A stretch of DNA of 64,000 nt from Lingula anatina (Eukaryota; Animalia; Brachiopoda). Both the position numbers and the translations under genes were made by a program. Numbering within the stretch: position 1 is the stretch's first letter; each line of letters begins with the position of its first letter. Location: positions 31,143,967-31,207,966 of the forward strand of contig CM120640.1 of NCBI GenBank assembly GCA_051362555.1. The letters run 5' to 3'. The notes below the pieces were generated by a model, which was given only the letters and a program-made list of their open reading frames with translations, made no database searches and was not told where the DNA came from. This document shows, in pieces, positions 26,688-40,513 of this stretch.

Positions 26688-29035
26688 TCACGTTTGCTCA
26701 AGAACAACAGTTTTGTAGTTTGTGTAACAGCGGAATTCATTTGCCAAATTCCTTTCATGTTGTGGCATAAAACTGCACACCTCAGCACCAAGGTATTTCT
26801 TGACATATTCTTCCATTATTTCACCTGCAAAAACACGTAAAACATATGCAGTAAACACGGCATCAAAACTGTCAAATGTAAAGAGATAAAGCAAATTATA
26901 ATGATGAACAAGATAGGAATTATTTAGTGAGATTTAGTAATGTGTTTTCAGTGTTATCAGTGTTGCAACTTGCACATATGCTGCAAAAAGCAAAAAAAAA
27001 CAGCATAACTTTTTCAAAAACCGGAATTGTATTCTATGAATATTTATTTAGTTCCGTAAGTTTGAAGACAAAAGGTAAAATGGTTTTGCACTTATTGTGT
27101 TATAGCTGAAAGTGCATGATGATGACAGATGCAGGCGAGGCTATATGTACAGGCACACCTGTTTCCTGTGAGTTTCAAGACAATAGGCCTATTGGTTTTC
27201 CTTGAAATGTGTTATCAGTTTTGCATATATGCTGAAAAAAGTGGAAAAAAAAAAAAACAAAAACGGCATAACTTTCCAAAAAAAAGGCTTGATCATGTTG
27301 ATTTTCAAACACGATCTGTATTTTATGAATGTTCATCAGTTCCATTAATTTAAAGACAAATAATAAATCATTTTTCACTCAATGTGTTATCGTTGAAAGT
27401 GCACTGCAATGGTGATAGCAAAGGTGATGACAGGATTGGTGACTGCTATATGTACGGACACATCTGTGTTTGTACATTACAACCTTGCATATAAGAATAC
27501 ATCCACTTTAGGGAACATTGTTTGGGCCTTTTTTGGCCATTTTGGTTGAACATACATACTTGTTACCAGTTTAGGGTGCACGGCATTTATATGATTACTA
27601 GTACTCAGTATTAAACTAAAATAAGATCTGTGATATTCAGAGGATCAGATGCACCCTCCTGACAGACTGCAAATAATTCTATATTAATACAATAATTCAT
27701 GTTTACCAAGGGCAATTGGTCATCAAAGTTCATGTCAAGCCCTGACTGACTGTACAAATATTTTTGTAAATAAAAATGTACATTTAATCCATTTTCCATT
27801 AAATTAAAAATGGCAAAACCAGTTAGTTATTGGGCAATCAGTTAGACATTCTTCCATCATGAAGATAAATCCTGCGAATATTTAGAAATGGAAACCACAA
27901 GTTGCTATGAATTATCAACTTTACAAACCTGTGCATAAGATAACTTTTCCTTTCCAAATGAATTTGACAGTTTCAGCTGTATTCTTGAGACACCTTTCAG
28001 AGAGAAAAGGTGGATCTACTACCACAATGTCAAATGCCTTCTCTAAATCTCTTGGAATGTCCAAGGGATTTTTGTAGTCATAGAAGATGTACTTGTCTCC
28101 ATGTATTGCAAATCTTTTGTCATATTCTAATAGTACTGCATCTGATGAAGGACTGATCTCTAAGAGCTTCTTAAAGGCAGTTGGAGCACTAAGGAATGCC
28201 ATCCTAGAAAAGAAAATTGGAAATAAGAAAACAGATGTTTTTCTTAATAGCATGACACACTGTTATACTTTTATGAAAAGCAAGTAGCCCTTATAAGTCC
28301 TTACCTCCCATTCTCACCAGCAACATACTTGGCCTCTTCTGCCAATTTGAAAGCTGTACTGTCATTATACCAGAACTGACTTAGTTGCTGTAAAGAAAAG
28401 CAAAGTGAAAGGTGAGACAAACTATCTATTATATTATTATTACTTTCTGTCTACGTTACCATAATTCAAATCTATGCTTATTTATACATCTTGATCTGAC
28501 AACAAACAACAAAGTTCTCTTTAATTTTATATTGCATTAGAGATACATTTGAGAAAGACAACACACTTCTTTTAATTCAATTTTTCATGAATGAACATCA
28601 ACTTTTCTACAATGTTATCTCACTAGAAAAACCTTCAAAGAGCACAGACCTCTTCTGAAGCATTTTAATTCTCAATATTATCAATGAAACCGTGAATGGA
28701 TCCCCATGAAAATCTAATCAAGTTTAAGTTACTCTGACCTGTATCTTGATAATTTTATCATAATCCACTCAAACTGTTTTAGGTTAGGCTGTTAACTTAC
28801 TAACAAGGAAAGGCAATAATGTGGTAGTATTAATTAATTAAGAATGTACATGTAGCGCATGTATATCAAGGATATTAAGTATGCTTCATACCCAGTCCTC
28901 CTGAGGCATGATATCTGGGTTTCCGATCTGCTTATCATGAAGAGCTGACTGTTCATCATAAAACTGTTGAAGTATTTTCAAAGTATCAGCTGACAGTTGG
29001 GGAATATCATCATCTTCATCAAGATTATCTGCCAT
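26688..29035 (-). CDS. EEF1AKMT1: EEF1A lysine methyltransferase 1 (N6AMT2), 4 coding exons
   Basis: Exons 29035-28892 ([19 protein letters not shown]...PQEDW), 28387-28305 (QLSQFWY...), 28203-27929 (LLEYDKRF...FYDY...[13 protein letters not shown]...ILCTG) and 26824-26688 (EIME...[17 protein letters not shown]). GT-AG introns with consistent phases; family motifs EDWQLSQFWY and DPPF. Confidence 0.95.
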
Positions 29036-29397
29036 TGTCAGTATTTCACCTAAAGTGCCTGTTTGTTACAAAATGACTAATGCAAATTATTCAATATACA
29101 GTTCCATTTAAATTACAATACTAACTGCAGAACAGAGCAGCCATACTGCTACCAGGAATTGTACCACCAGCAAGATAAAGCTCATTTTAAATTAAATGGT
29201 AGCTATGGATTTACCCTTTTTAGTTGTACAGAAAAAGGCTGCTAAATTATGACTAGTAATTACAACAGGTTTATCTACTACCTGCTAGTATAAACAGATA
29301 TTATCAATAAATACGTCCACTTTGAAGTAAACAGAAAAATGAAAAATTAAGTGAAAAATATATTCGCCAATTTTACTTCATCTGACTGAAATTGATA

Positions 29398-29403
<6 letters not shown>

Positions 29404-29448
<45 letters not shown>
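29404..29448. repeat. (TG)n microsatellite; others at 4846-4880, 36900-36920 and 39200-39218, and (AG)n at 55116-55149
   Basis: Direct reading of the sequence. Confidence 0.95.
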
Positions 29449-29449
<1 letters not shown>

Positions 29450-30349
29450 TAATCATGCAAACGTCTTTCTGTACATGCCTTGGTAGTATGTGCAGTTTTC
29501 ATATTCAGTAACAAAGGTTAGAGCAAGGAAAAATATAGTTTGAGTAATGAAAGTTTTTAAAGAATAACATAGCTATTATACATTATTTACACGTTTCTAA
29601 TGTTAAAAAATTAGACTACACGCACAAAAGAGGTAAATATTACGAGATGCACGTTTAATTTACTGATGAATTTGTCCCTAACTTCAAGTATATTTTCACA
29701 ATGCCTGGTGACGAAGATTTTGCAAATTACTTTCTAAGAGAATGCAGTATTTCCGCGTTTCATGTAAAACATTTGTCACCATATCATCTGCTAATCATGG
29801 ATGTATCTGAAAGATATTTTAAATGGCTAAAATATTACAAAAACATCAAACATTAACAACTAAAGATATTGACCCGTGAAAAAGGTGAAGTTTTTTTATG
29901 CCAAGCGACACTGCAAAAGTAGCTGCAAGCTATTTATTGCATTATTTAAAATAAACATTCTAGACATTTTCTGAGACCCTAAACATCATACTCGCTTCTT
30001 AATAAATTGAATTTTTCCACATTGATAAAAATAAACATGTAGACGATTGGAGAATGGAAGATAGTGCTGCGAGTGGCAGTGAACCATTCTCTCCTCCTGT
30101 CACACACTTCCCCATGCATCCAATCGAATGGAGCCAACATTTAATTACTGTGCCCCTGCAGGGACGATGCATGGGGAGGCGTATGAGAAGTGGAGAGACC
30201 ATTACAGGATTAAGCAGTCTTCCTTTCATGTAGGGTCTGCCATATTTGATGCTTGGATCAGTTAATACTTGGATCTTCTTTTCTGAATGGCCCCATAGGA
30301 AAGATAAAAGAGCCCGAGTGAGTACTGCTAAAGAACAAAGATGATCCCT

Positions 30350-32200
30350 ACAAAAACATCAAGATCGAATTAGCTCTATTACCAGCAATATGGGCCTTCC
30401 TATTGGTTACAAGGTAAAAATTGTTCTGAAAAGACAAAGAGTCATGCTTTTTACTGACAAGTGAAAATCTGACTCTTTTACCGATCTTCAATATCAATTA
30501 ATTTATACTTACGGATTTCAGAAAAATCTATAAACAGAAAGAACACTTACAAAAATGGAAACGGTTTGAAACTATATCGAGGGACACCTAATAGACTAAA
30601 TGAACCTTTGTTCTATCAACAAGTGGACTTACTCAAGGGGCCTACTTACTGACATCAATGGAAAAAAAATTATCAAACGACATATGGATGACAATCAAAG
30701 ATCTTAACATCACTAAGAAACTCTGGGGAGCATGAGGTGGAGTGAACCACAGAAGAGTCATCACTAGTCATTCAGTCAAACACAAAGGAGAACTTTAAAA
30801 ACACCAAACAACGTGAAAATGCACAGATTGACCCCAAACTCCCAAAGATGAAAGGAGACCCTAATTTTAACCCCTCACCATAATACGAGAGCTTAGGTCT
30901 GTGTAGTTTCCGAAAATTGGCACAAATAAATATTTTTTTGCAGAATATTCCCATTTCTAAAAAATGACAATCTTAGTAGATATTCCTTAAATACAAAATG
31001 TCAATCTGCCTATAGACCAAACCACAGCACAGAGACAGCTCCACTTAAGGTGCACATTGTATTAATACTCCTTGATTTATCAGCAGCTTTTGATACTCTT
31101 GATCATGACATACTGCTCCATTGACTTGCTCATTATTTTGGGATAACGGGTACAGTTCTCTCCTGGTTTCATTTTTACCTAACTGGAAGCCAGCAACAAG
31201 TGAACATAGGGGTTTCTGTTTCCAAATCAGGCAAACTACTTTATGGCGAGCCACAAGGCTCCATGCTTGCCCTATTCTCTTTACACTTCACCAGAATATA
31301 CCTGTACTCCCTCGGTTTGGTTTCAATTTGATGTTTTATGCGGATGAATTGATTCCCAGATAGATCTATATATACCGGTATGTGAAAATCCTATGATGAA
31401 AAAGCAACTATTGAGGCATGTGTGTATGAACTCCGATCTTGGCTCAAGTCCAACTACTTATAGTCTTCAATGATGATAAAACTTAATTGGTCCACTTCAA
31501 CTCTAAGTTTTCCAGAGACAGCACCATACTACAGATAGACGGTATCAGAGTACATGTAGGAGATTCTGTTATCACAACAAACAAAGAAGTTATTTTCAAC
31601 AATAAAAGTAACATGACATCTTGATCAAACATTAACAAAGTGTGTAAATCAGCATTTTCTAGTCTCCAGCTAATATCTAAAATTCTTCAACTTATTGACA
31701 GCAAGCAAACAGAGCTACTCATCCATGCATTAGTGACTTCTCAACTCAAAGAATAGGCAATGTCATTGACTTTTAATATTTTAAAGGGCGACTATCCATT
31801 TTACATGAGCAATTTAATGGAACTTTTAACTCCTTTCAATGGTCAATTGCAACTCGAACGAAACAATACCGATAAGACTCTCAAAACATATGCTCACAGG
31901 AGTTTTAATTGACATTACTGCACCAATTTTTATGGTCCAATTTTATTAACATATCAAATGTGTCTTTGAATGACTCTCATCACTGTTTTAAAAAGTATTT
32001 TAAAACCTTTTATTTAAAGAATATTTTGGTTAGCTTTTATCTTTTAGTTTTAAATACTTTAATGTAAGTTTTTAATTTATCTTTAAGTTTGTAGTTTTAC
32101 TTTTACATGTAGTTTTTATCATATGTAAAGTTTTAAAGAGCGCTGAGACGTGTAGCGCGGTTTTAAGAAATGTATTATTATTATTTTATTATTATTATTA
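30350..32200 (+). mobile_element. Degraded L2/CR1-clade LINE 3' portion
   Basis: Reverse transcriptase remnants [25 protein letters not shown] and MFYAD in shifting frames; 3' end GAGCGCTGAG...(ATT)n tail at ~32140-32200. Confidence 0.8.
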
Positions 32201-32301
32201 TTTTTTTTTTTTAAGCAGATGTGTTGGATGTCAATGGCGACGACGAACAGTCGCGTTGTCAGAATAAATGTATTAATCTCTGTGTATAAAGTAAAGTTTA
32301 C

Positions 32302-32516
32302 CTCTTAGCAAGGATGACAACAGGCACCGGAAATTGACACGGTCCAATTGACACTGTCTCCGGCGTGTAGCATTCACCCCTCCAATGAGTGAAGAGCAGT
32401 TCACACCAAACTCACACAATCTCCCGCGAGATCTCTCTGTGTAGCAACGCACGAAAAACAACAAAAGGCAATGCTGGTTTTCACGCCTGACGAACGTGTA
32501 ACACAAATCTCAGCAG
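32302..32516. promoter_or_regulatory. Probable bidirectional promoter with divergent first exons of EEF1AKMT1 (-) and the MATCAP gene (+)
   Basis: Minus-strand donor GAG|GTAAAC at 32302/32301 and plus-strand donor CAG|GTATGA at 32516/32517 bracket a CpG-containing stretch with CCGGAA (ETS-like), two CCAAT boxes and CGCGAGA. Confidence 0.6.
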
Positions 32517-34085
32517 GTATGAAGCACTGGTTTACTTGAACTTTTTATCTTTTCTTTTATACAATTCAATCCATGGATTTGAATTGCATACGATCGGTAC
32601 ATGTACTTGCCTCAGTTTTCGGCCTTACAACCTCCCACCTGTAAAAATGTACATGTTCTCGGTTTTAAATGCACTGGAAGTGATCACCATAAAACAGCAA
32701 TGCCTGGATCCCTGGTGGAACAAACACCTGTTACATATCAGTTGCATTTCGGTTCTAAAAATTGGGGGCCTGTTTAAAAATTGGGGGGGGGGGGGGGGGG
32801 GGGGGGCACAGCAGACATGTAGCGGAGTCTTTACTGTTTTATTTCTGTCACTGTGGTAGTTGCCCCAAACCATAGCCTTGTTGTGGAATCCACCTGGAAA
32901 TCGCGAACTTGACCTGGTTACTACCTCTTAGGGTGTACCACCAGAAAAATTTTATTCATTTTTACTCATGTCTCTTTATTCTACCTTTTAAAGGACTGTT
33001 AAAAAAAGAGAACCTTTTACCATAAAATGCTTCATGCCTTTTCCCCGCCACACAAGGACTCCTTACAATGATCTACAATGTACCTCAAAAAGATTACCAG
33101 GCTTGAAATATTGTTTCAAGAACAGTAAAATTCGAACTTCTAAGGTGTGAAATATTATCTTAAGTTACTGACATATTCTAAATTCAAATGTGTGAATTTT
33201 TACCATTTATGCTTCAATAGAAACGCCATAAGATCCACTGAATGAATATATAATATGAAGATTTAATATTATTACAAACAAATTATTTCCCAATACCGAT
33301 GTCCCTTACAATGATTCCTCCTTTTCTCACCTAAGATTTTATATTTATGTAAACTTTTCTTATGACAAATAATTACAAGTCATATAATTTCAATTAAAGA
33401 TAAAAAAAACAACATTTACAGTACTTATATTCGGCAATTGATCGGGATGTGACAGAATTAGTTGAATGTGTACCCAAGGGACAATGGAAGATGAATACCA
33501 TTTTACACTTTAATGTGCATGGTTACTATGCCCAATGCATAAACAGAACAAGAGACCAGAATGAAACCCATATTTTGCCAGATATCAAGCAAAACATTGA
33601 ACAGATATCATATGGACAGTATTTTCATAATGTGACAAAAATAAAAGGTTGACTTCTGTTGCAGCTCACACTTTTTACATTTTTAGCATTTATTTACAGC
33701 TTTATTATCATTTCTTAACTATAAGTGATATTATTTTTGCAGTAATAAAATGCCATGCAGGAGAGTTAAAATTTGAGAGAGATGAAAAAACAGATTCTGA
33801 ATCTCTCCATTAATTTGTGACAAACATATAAGGAAGAAAATGGGCAAAAGTTTGAAAAAATGTTTTTGTGTCTTGCGAGACAATCTTTGTCTTTAAGAAG
33901 TCTCAGCTAACAGAGGCTCAAATTCACATAATATGATAAATGTAGCATAAATTACAATTGTCTGTTAACAGATTCTAAGCTCTGGTTTATGATTCAACAT
34001 TTCTGTTTCTTTTTTAGTTATTGAGAACATGTACATGCCTATACAACCTCCAAAGAGAATTTTAGCTGGCTGACTTACATGCAGC

Positions 34086-37000
34086 ATGGTTCAAGTAAAT
34101 GCTACAAGAAGGAAGATCAGCAAAGATCGGATATGCTTTGCTAAAAATGATCATCTAAAAAAAACAGTTCTCACTCCTTTGAACCTAGCAGAGCAAAAAG
34201 AACGGTTCTTGAAATATGGCATTACACCTCAATTTGACTTTCGAGCTTCAGTTACTGAGCTGGAGAAATTCACAGCAAATAAAAAGGGTGAAATACACTT
34301 TGATCTGTTACCAGAAGCAAAAAAGATACTCGAGATTGTGCGGATGAAGTATGGGGATGGTGGTGCATTTTTAGAGGAAAGTTTTGGACCACCGATTGAT
34401 GCAGAAGAGGCAACAGTCATGTTAAAAGAATACATACAAGAAAACAATGTGGATGGATCTTTGAGAATTTTGTGGTCCAAAACATTACCATGCAGGTTAG
34501 TATTAATGGAAAGACAATTACATGCTAGCTGTTGTACTTGGTTAGTTCAGGCAAAATTGTCACTGAAAAAAGAAAACTTCATAGAGTAAAAAAATTGACA
34601 GAGATAGGTCTATATTTACTATAGAACTTGAAATTGCAATGTTACTGTAGCCTAGAATTTGACCTTCAAACTACTTTTCACCATGGACTGTACTATGAAA
34701 ATTTTGAGATACGCCCATAGTTACTACTGAACTTGAATAGGAAGTCATATATTGTTAATCTTACTGTGACCTTAAATTTGACTACACAATCTTATGTAAC
34801 CTTGGATTAATCATTTTACTTATCTCCACAAATTTGTTATAAACTGTTATTTTATACAGAAATTTGAAATTTTGGTTGTTGCATTTTGTCAACCTTGTCA
34901 AGCACAACACTGGAGGTGGCTTCCTTTTTTTTTTTTTTCTTTTTTTTCCATACCATACAAGTTAAAGATGATTTCACTTTTTTCATGAATCTAACTTTCT
35001 TTTAACACAGTGCAAGACTTTCTTGGCAAGGTCCAAACCTCAAGCTCAACAAGCCAGAATGCATCAAGTACACCATGTGGGTGAAGGATTCTACTGAAAA
35101 CACACTTCTCAGAAAACAGGGCATCAATTGCCTAGCAGATCATGAAATCGGAACACACTTTGTATCCTTGAACAGTTATTCGTAATAATAATGACAATTA
35201 TAATAATAAAATGAAAGTTTCTGGCTGCCAGAATCACTATAAAAAACAACACTAGTGATATTATGTTGCTGTATTGAGTCACTAGCCAACAGTACTGATC
35301 ATTGTCTAGCACCTTGGGCTGTACACATAGTGATCAGTTGGAAGTACATGTATCCCTTGGGTCGAAATTACCGACAGTCACCTTTTATACAATATGGTAA
35401 CCGAGACAGATTGTCAAGAAAAGATACTTAAGGCCTTACGAAGAGCAGGTATGCACCAATACCGAGGCATTTTGTGATGAAAATTACTATTTGTCTCAAA
35501 CATGTTAGTTTACAAAAAGGCAGCTTTGGAACTGATTGTGCAAGAGCCTCATCTGGTGCCAAGCAGGATGGTATAGCCCACTGTGTATAGATGGTCTTAA
35601 CTTCAAAATGTGCTTACAGAATATAAACTAAGGTAGCTTTTCTAACAGTACATACATGTATGTGTAAGTATAGTGTCCATGTTTCACATTCCATACATGT
35701 TGACATTTTAACATCTAAATTTAGTGAAGTTTTGTGTAAGATTCTCCCCTTCCTTTAGTGTACTTTAACAAGGCATGTACCTGTAGGTCCAAGCACAATC
35801 AGTTAGGTATTGACAATAATTAATCAATTGATATTGACGTTATTTCTCCAAACCTTTATAGACAGTTCAATACTGACTGAGATGCTGAGTAGCCACATTT
35901 TATTTTACTATAACCAGCATGAATTGACACAAAATCATTGCTAGACCCCCCGAAAATAGGGGGGGGGGGAGATCTTTTAGATATAAGAATTAACCAGAAA
36001 AAAAATTGGGGAAAAAAAAGGAACTTGCCATTGATGCCCTTGAGAGTGACACTGGTGGCTTTGTGTCACTAGTTGAGATTACTCAAAGCTGTGCTGCTGT
36101 TCTCTGGCACCTGCACGATGACTGCGTGATAGCCTTACCATTGCCTCTCTTTCCAGTCCAACATTTATGGTGAAAAGATTTTTTTATTATATTCGACTTA
36201 GTCTCAAAGATGATCTGTTCACTATATTTGATTTAGTCTAATTTCTGTTAGTATAAAATTTCTACAGGTATATTTTAATAAATCTTTTCATAAATGTTAG
36301 GTGGCAAACTGGCTGTTTTGCCCAAAATAGGTCATGCATCTGACAGAGCACACTTTAGTTTCAATATTTAGTAAAAGGCAGTTTTTTTGTAGGTTATTAG
36401 TGCAGTATATGTGGTTGAAACAAAGAATATGGGGTATGTGGTGCTAGTGATATTGTGTCCATTTCCTTAATTGCATTTAAGCTCCGCATGGTGAATGAAT
36501 GCCTGCAGCCCTGGTTTGCTGACCGTAAGCACTTTGGAATAAGAAGTCACAAATCTGTGGAATTGTTGAAGACAGAAGAAGGCCTTGCCAATATCAACAC
36601 AGTTTTCAATGCCAAAATCAAATACCTGTGGGTTTCAGCTTTCTCCTATTGTAAGTATAATTATATGGGTGTGACAAAGCAGAAAGCTTGAAGAGTAAGT
36701 TTAATCAAGCTTTCATGAATTTGTTTCACATATCTATAAGCATTTCCTACTTTCAAGTTTAAATTTTAATCATTTAATACACTATCTTATTAACCACTTT
36801 AATTTTACAACTTCAACTACATGATTTTATTATATCATTACTATTTTTTTCTCTTTTAAGGGCTCCGTCTGAATTCAAATTTTTAACATATATTTCTACG
36901 TGTGTGTGTGTGTGTGTGTGCTGAATAAAAATTGTTATACTATTATTATTACTCAATTATTATTATTAATATTATTATTAAATGTGGTGCTGGGGGAAAG

Positions 37001-38852
37001 TGCTGTAAACAACACTGCATGCTTTCAATTCTAAAAGAGAATTGACCTTGATATCTGATTTATCTAGTTAAAACTGTTTATCATTTTTTCTTTGCCACAG
37101 AGACACCGACAGATAATTGCACAACTTTCTTTTAAATTAAACATATTATCATCGTATTCTTGAAATCAAAATATAGTTAATTACATGACTTTTTAATGGT
37201 CTATACCCACCTCCACACGGATTAAGTTTCGGCTTTCAGTTTTAATTGCTAGGTCTCTGCAGGAAGGCCTGAGTGGAGGAAGGCAGACCATTAAGGGATT
37301 AGGCAGTCTTAGATCGCATTCACAATGAGTTGAGCCAGGCTTTACAAATCCTGGGGACTAAATATGGCGGTCGTACATGAAAGAAAAACCGCCTAATCTT
37401 TTAATGGTCTCTCCGCCTCTTACACGCCTCCCCACACGTCGTCCCTGCGGGGGGACAGTCATTAAATCTCGGCTCCATTGGGACGACACATGGGGAGGCG
37501 TGTGAGAGGCGGAGAGACTATTAAAAGATTAGGCGGTTTTTCTTTCATGTATGACCGCCATATTTAGTCCCCAGGATTTGTAAAGCCTGGCTCAACTCGT
37601 TGTGAATGCGATCTTACTTTCATGTAGGGTCCACCATATTTGATCTGAGTAGATCATCTGTTGTGAATGCGACCATATAGATCTTCCATAAGATGATTAA
37701 ATAGTTTATTACCAAGATAGACCCAAGATTCTTTTATAGAAACTAATATGATGACTTCCATTTTCTAGACACTGCTTGTATGTCTGTTGAGATGACCTTC
37801 TGTGAGCTCTTTGAACACCTGGAGGGATACATTATTAATCCTGAGATGCGATGGAAACATGTAATGCGAGTAAAGCGTGGGTTAGAAAATCCAAATGCTC
37901 TAGGTGGCTATGGCAAGGATCAGTGCTATTTTGAAGGTACAGAAATTACATATGATACATGCAACTTACAATGTACAACAAATATACATGTACATTTATA
38001 AAGGTTAGAAGCCACCCTTTTGAGTGTGTATGTGAACACTACTGAACTTAAAATACCAGTGTCTGTTTGAATGGAGAATGGCATATATACAAGTTTATTT
38101 CTTATCACTGTGAGTATCTTACAAACTCTGTATTATTTTTCTTTTCAGGTGCAGTTGAAATCTTAAGAAATATAGAAAACATCGACTTCCATCTTCTGTA
38201 CTGTGGCAAAATATGCCTAGATGAGCTACCCAGGGTAAAAAGACTTGCTCGAATGAACTGCATGAAAATACCTAAGTTTCTACAGGATGTTGTCAAGTAC
38301 AAGAAGATCTTGAAGCATATAGCAAAAATAAATGAGATAGATGCTCAATGGATCCCCCGTCCACCAACTCACTCTTCAAACAAATCACCTGAACGTTCAC
38401 ATTCATCTATGGAGAAAGGGCGACACTCTAGGCAATCAAAACAGTCCACAAGTTCTGTGTCATCGAAATCAAGGTTCCCTGTTATTGACTGTCCAAAAAC
38501 GTCTGATCTCAGCAGCAACATAGAGGTAGATGCCACAGTGCCATCATGCTGCAGTGCCAGCTGTGATAATAACAAGAGATTTGGGTACCCTCAGAATTCA
38601 GGGCAATGGGAATGTGTTAAGGAGGCCAAAATCTCTTGCACTGACTTATCCTCTGATGATAATCAGATATCAAGTCTTCACACAGGTACATGTACCTTAC
38701 CTAATCAGTCTAACAGGAGTAAAAGCACACTCTTGAACAGACCCAGATCAAGAAGAAATGCAACATCCCCTAATAATAATTCTGCATTTGATGGGAAAGT
38801 AGTGAGAAATGTGTGCATGTTTGGCTCATTAGGAAGAATATTTGATGAATAG
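34086..38852 (+). CDS. MATCAP1: Microtubule-associated tyrosine carboxypeptidase family protein (MATCAP/KIAA0895-like, DUF1704); paralog assignment uncertain
   Basis: Exons 34086-34495, 35011-35161, 36482-36650, 37769-37936 and 38149-38852 are phase-consistent. Motifs: P.NL..QKERF...PQF, DHEIGTHF (HExxxH), QPW, TEEGLA, RWKHVMRVKRGL, KDQCYFEGAV.IL, IDFHLLYCGKI. Confidence 0.92.
35162..36481 (+). other. U12-type (minor spliceosome) GT-AG intron
   Basis: 5' site GTATCCTT; branch sequence TTTCCTTAAT about 10 nt before the AAG acceptor; no polypyrimidine tract; joins HEIGTHF to LRMVNE in phase 0. Confidence 0.85.
37312..37613. mobile_element. Fold-back MITE (PIF/Harbinger-like, TTA TSD) in a MATCAP intron
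   Basis: ~135-bp near-perfect inverted arms GATCGCATTCACAA...TTGTGAATGCGATC; TTA on both sides; a related older sequence lies at ~30080-30260. Confidence 0.9.
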
Positions 38853-39203
38853 CTGTACAGCAGGCAGACACAGTGTATCTAAATATAGTCATCACATGCA
38901 TCTGCTGTCACTGTGGACTTTTCACTGTTAAGTAACCACAATAACAGAATTATTTTCTTCAAACTAACTGGAGTGATTTGTAGCAAGAATACAGGCAAAT
39001 ACAAGAGAAGTTCAAGTATCAGTTTGACCATTTTTGCTAATTTTTTTTCAGCATGAACAATTCTGCATGTAAGCGCAAGTTATATAAACATACTAAGTAA
39101 AAAAGTTGGAGTTGAGAGAAGCATACAAAGATAATTTTACTACAGTGTGCAAGGCCCAGGGATAAAAAAAAGCATCATTCTGTTTCAATCTAATACATTC
39201 TGT

Positions 39204-39234
<31 letters not shown>

Positions 39235-40513
39235 GGGGGGGGGGTACAACTATGTTTGCCTATTACTAGCAATGAATACAAACTAGACAATATGACACCA
39301 GAAAGTTTTATTTTTAATTAAACATTACAAAAATCAAATGCAGAATTAACAGAAACTCGATTTATTGTTCATTTTCAAATGCTTAAATTGCAGATTGGTA
39401 TTGTCTATTAGATTGATTGATTGATAGACAGATTGTCTATTAAATAAATGAATATGCTTCATTCTATTCAACTTCATTCTGGATTAATTTTTTTCAACAT
39501 CCCAGGAACAAATAATTCTATAATGAATAAGGAAAACTTCTTAAAGGAAAACTGCCCACCTCTGTTACAAATGTTATAACAAAATATACAGTTTAACATC
39601 AATACTTGCATTTTATTGCTCTTTACTTAACATGAAATGTGAAACAATTAAGGAATAAAGCAAGCTTGCTTTGAAATCGTTTGGATCATTGGAATAATCT
39701 CAAGTAACTGTCCACTTCTGATTTTAAATTCTTTTGATTTAGAGAATAAAAGGTACTTCTGTAAAGTAGTTATTGCTCAGCCACACTTGAGAAAATCGGA
39801 AAAGCAGTGACATGCGATCCTCCTGCGAGAAATGACTGTGTGCACCCGGCATTCTAGAGGAGGATAAGGATTAGAATTAGTAAAGGTAACGGAAAGGACT
39901 TGGATTATGATTTTCTCAAATGCCATGCTAAACAACTCCCTTGTCAGAGGCAAATATTTTATGAATACTACTTCCAAACGATTGGCTGATATGTGGACAA
40001 TAATTACTGTATAGGCAATACCAATGTTTCTCATGAGAAATTTTACCCTGCACATTTCTCGTATAGACCCAAGACCTATAGCTACTTGTATTGCAGATTA
40101 ACCAATTAAATATAAACAAAATTATAATTATATACATATGAAATGAGGACTACCCCACTTAAGTTAGATAAGATACAAAGTACATTCAAATGCACAAGTG
40201 AAAAAAATATCTAATTCATCTCGATAAAACCATATCTAACAAACTTTTTAAGTAAACCATAAACAAAATAAATTAGCCTGCATTTGCAAGTATTTGTGAA
40301 AACTATTAACATACTTGTACGTATGCGTGTATTAACAATATTTTTCTAACAAAGAGAACTATTTCAAACATAGAATTAGACCCATTGGTTGCATTGGGTT
40401 TGTTATAACATGCATTGTGATTCTCTGTACTCATGTTTCAGTTGTTCTCTATATGGATATGAACTGGGTACGTTATTTGATGCATTTCTTATGATTGGTG
40501 TTTTGCATGTTAT

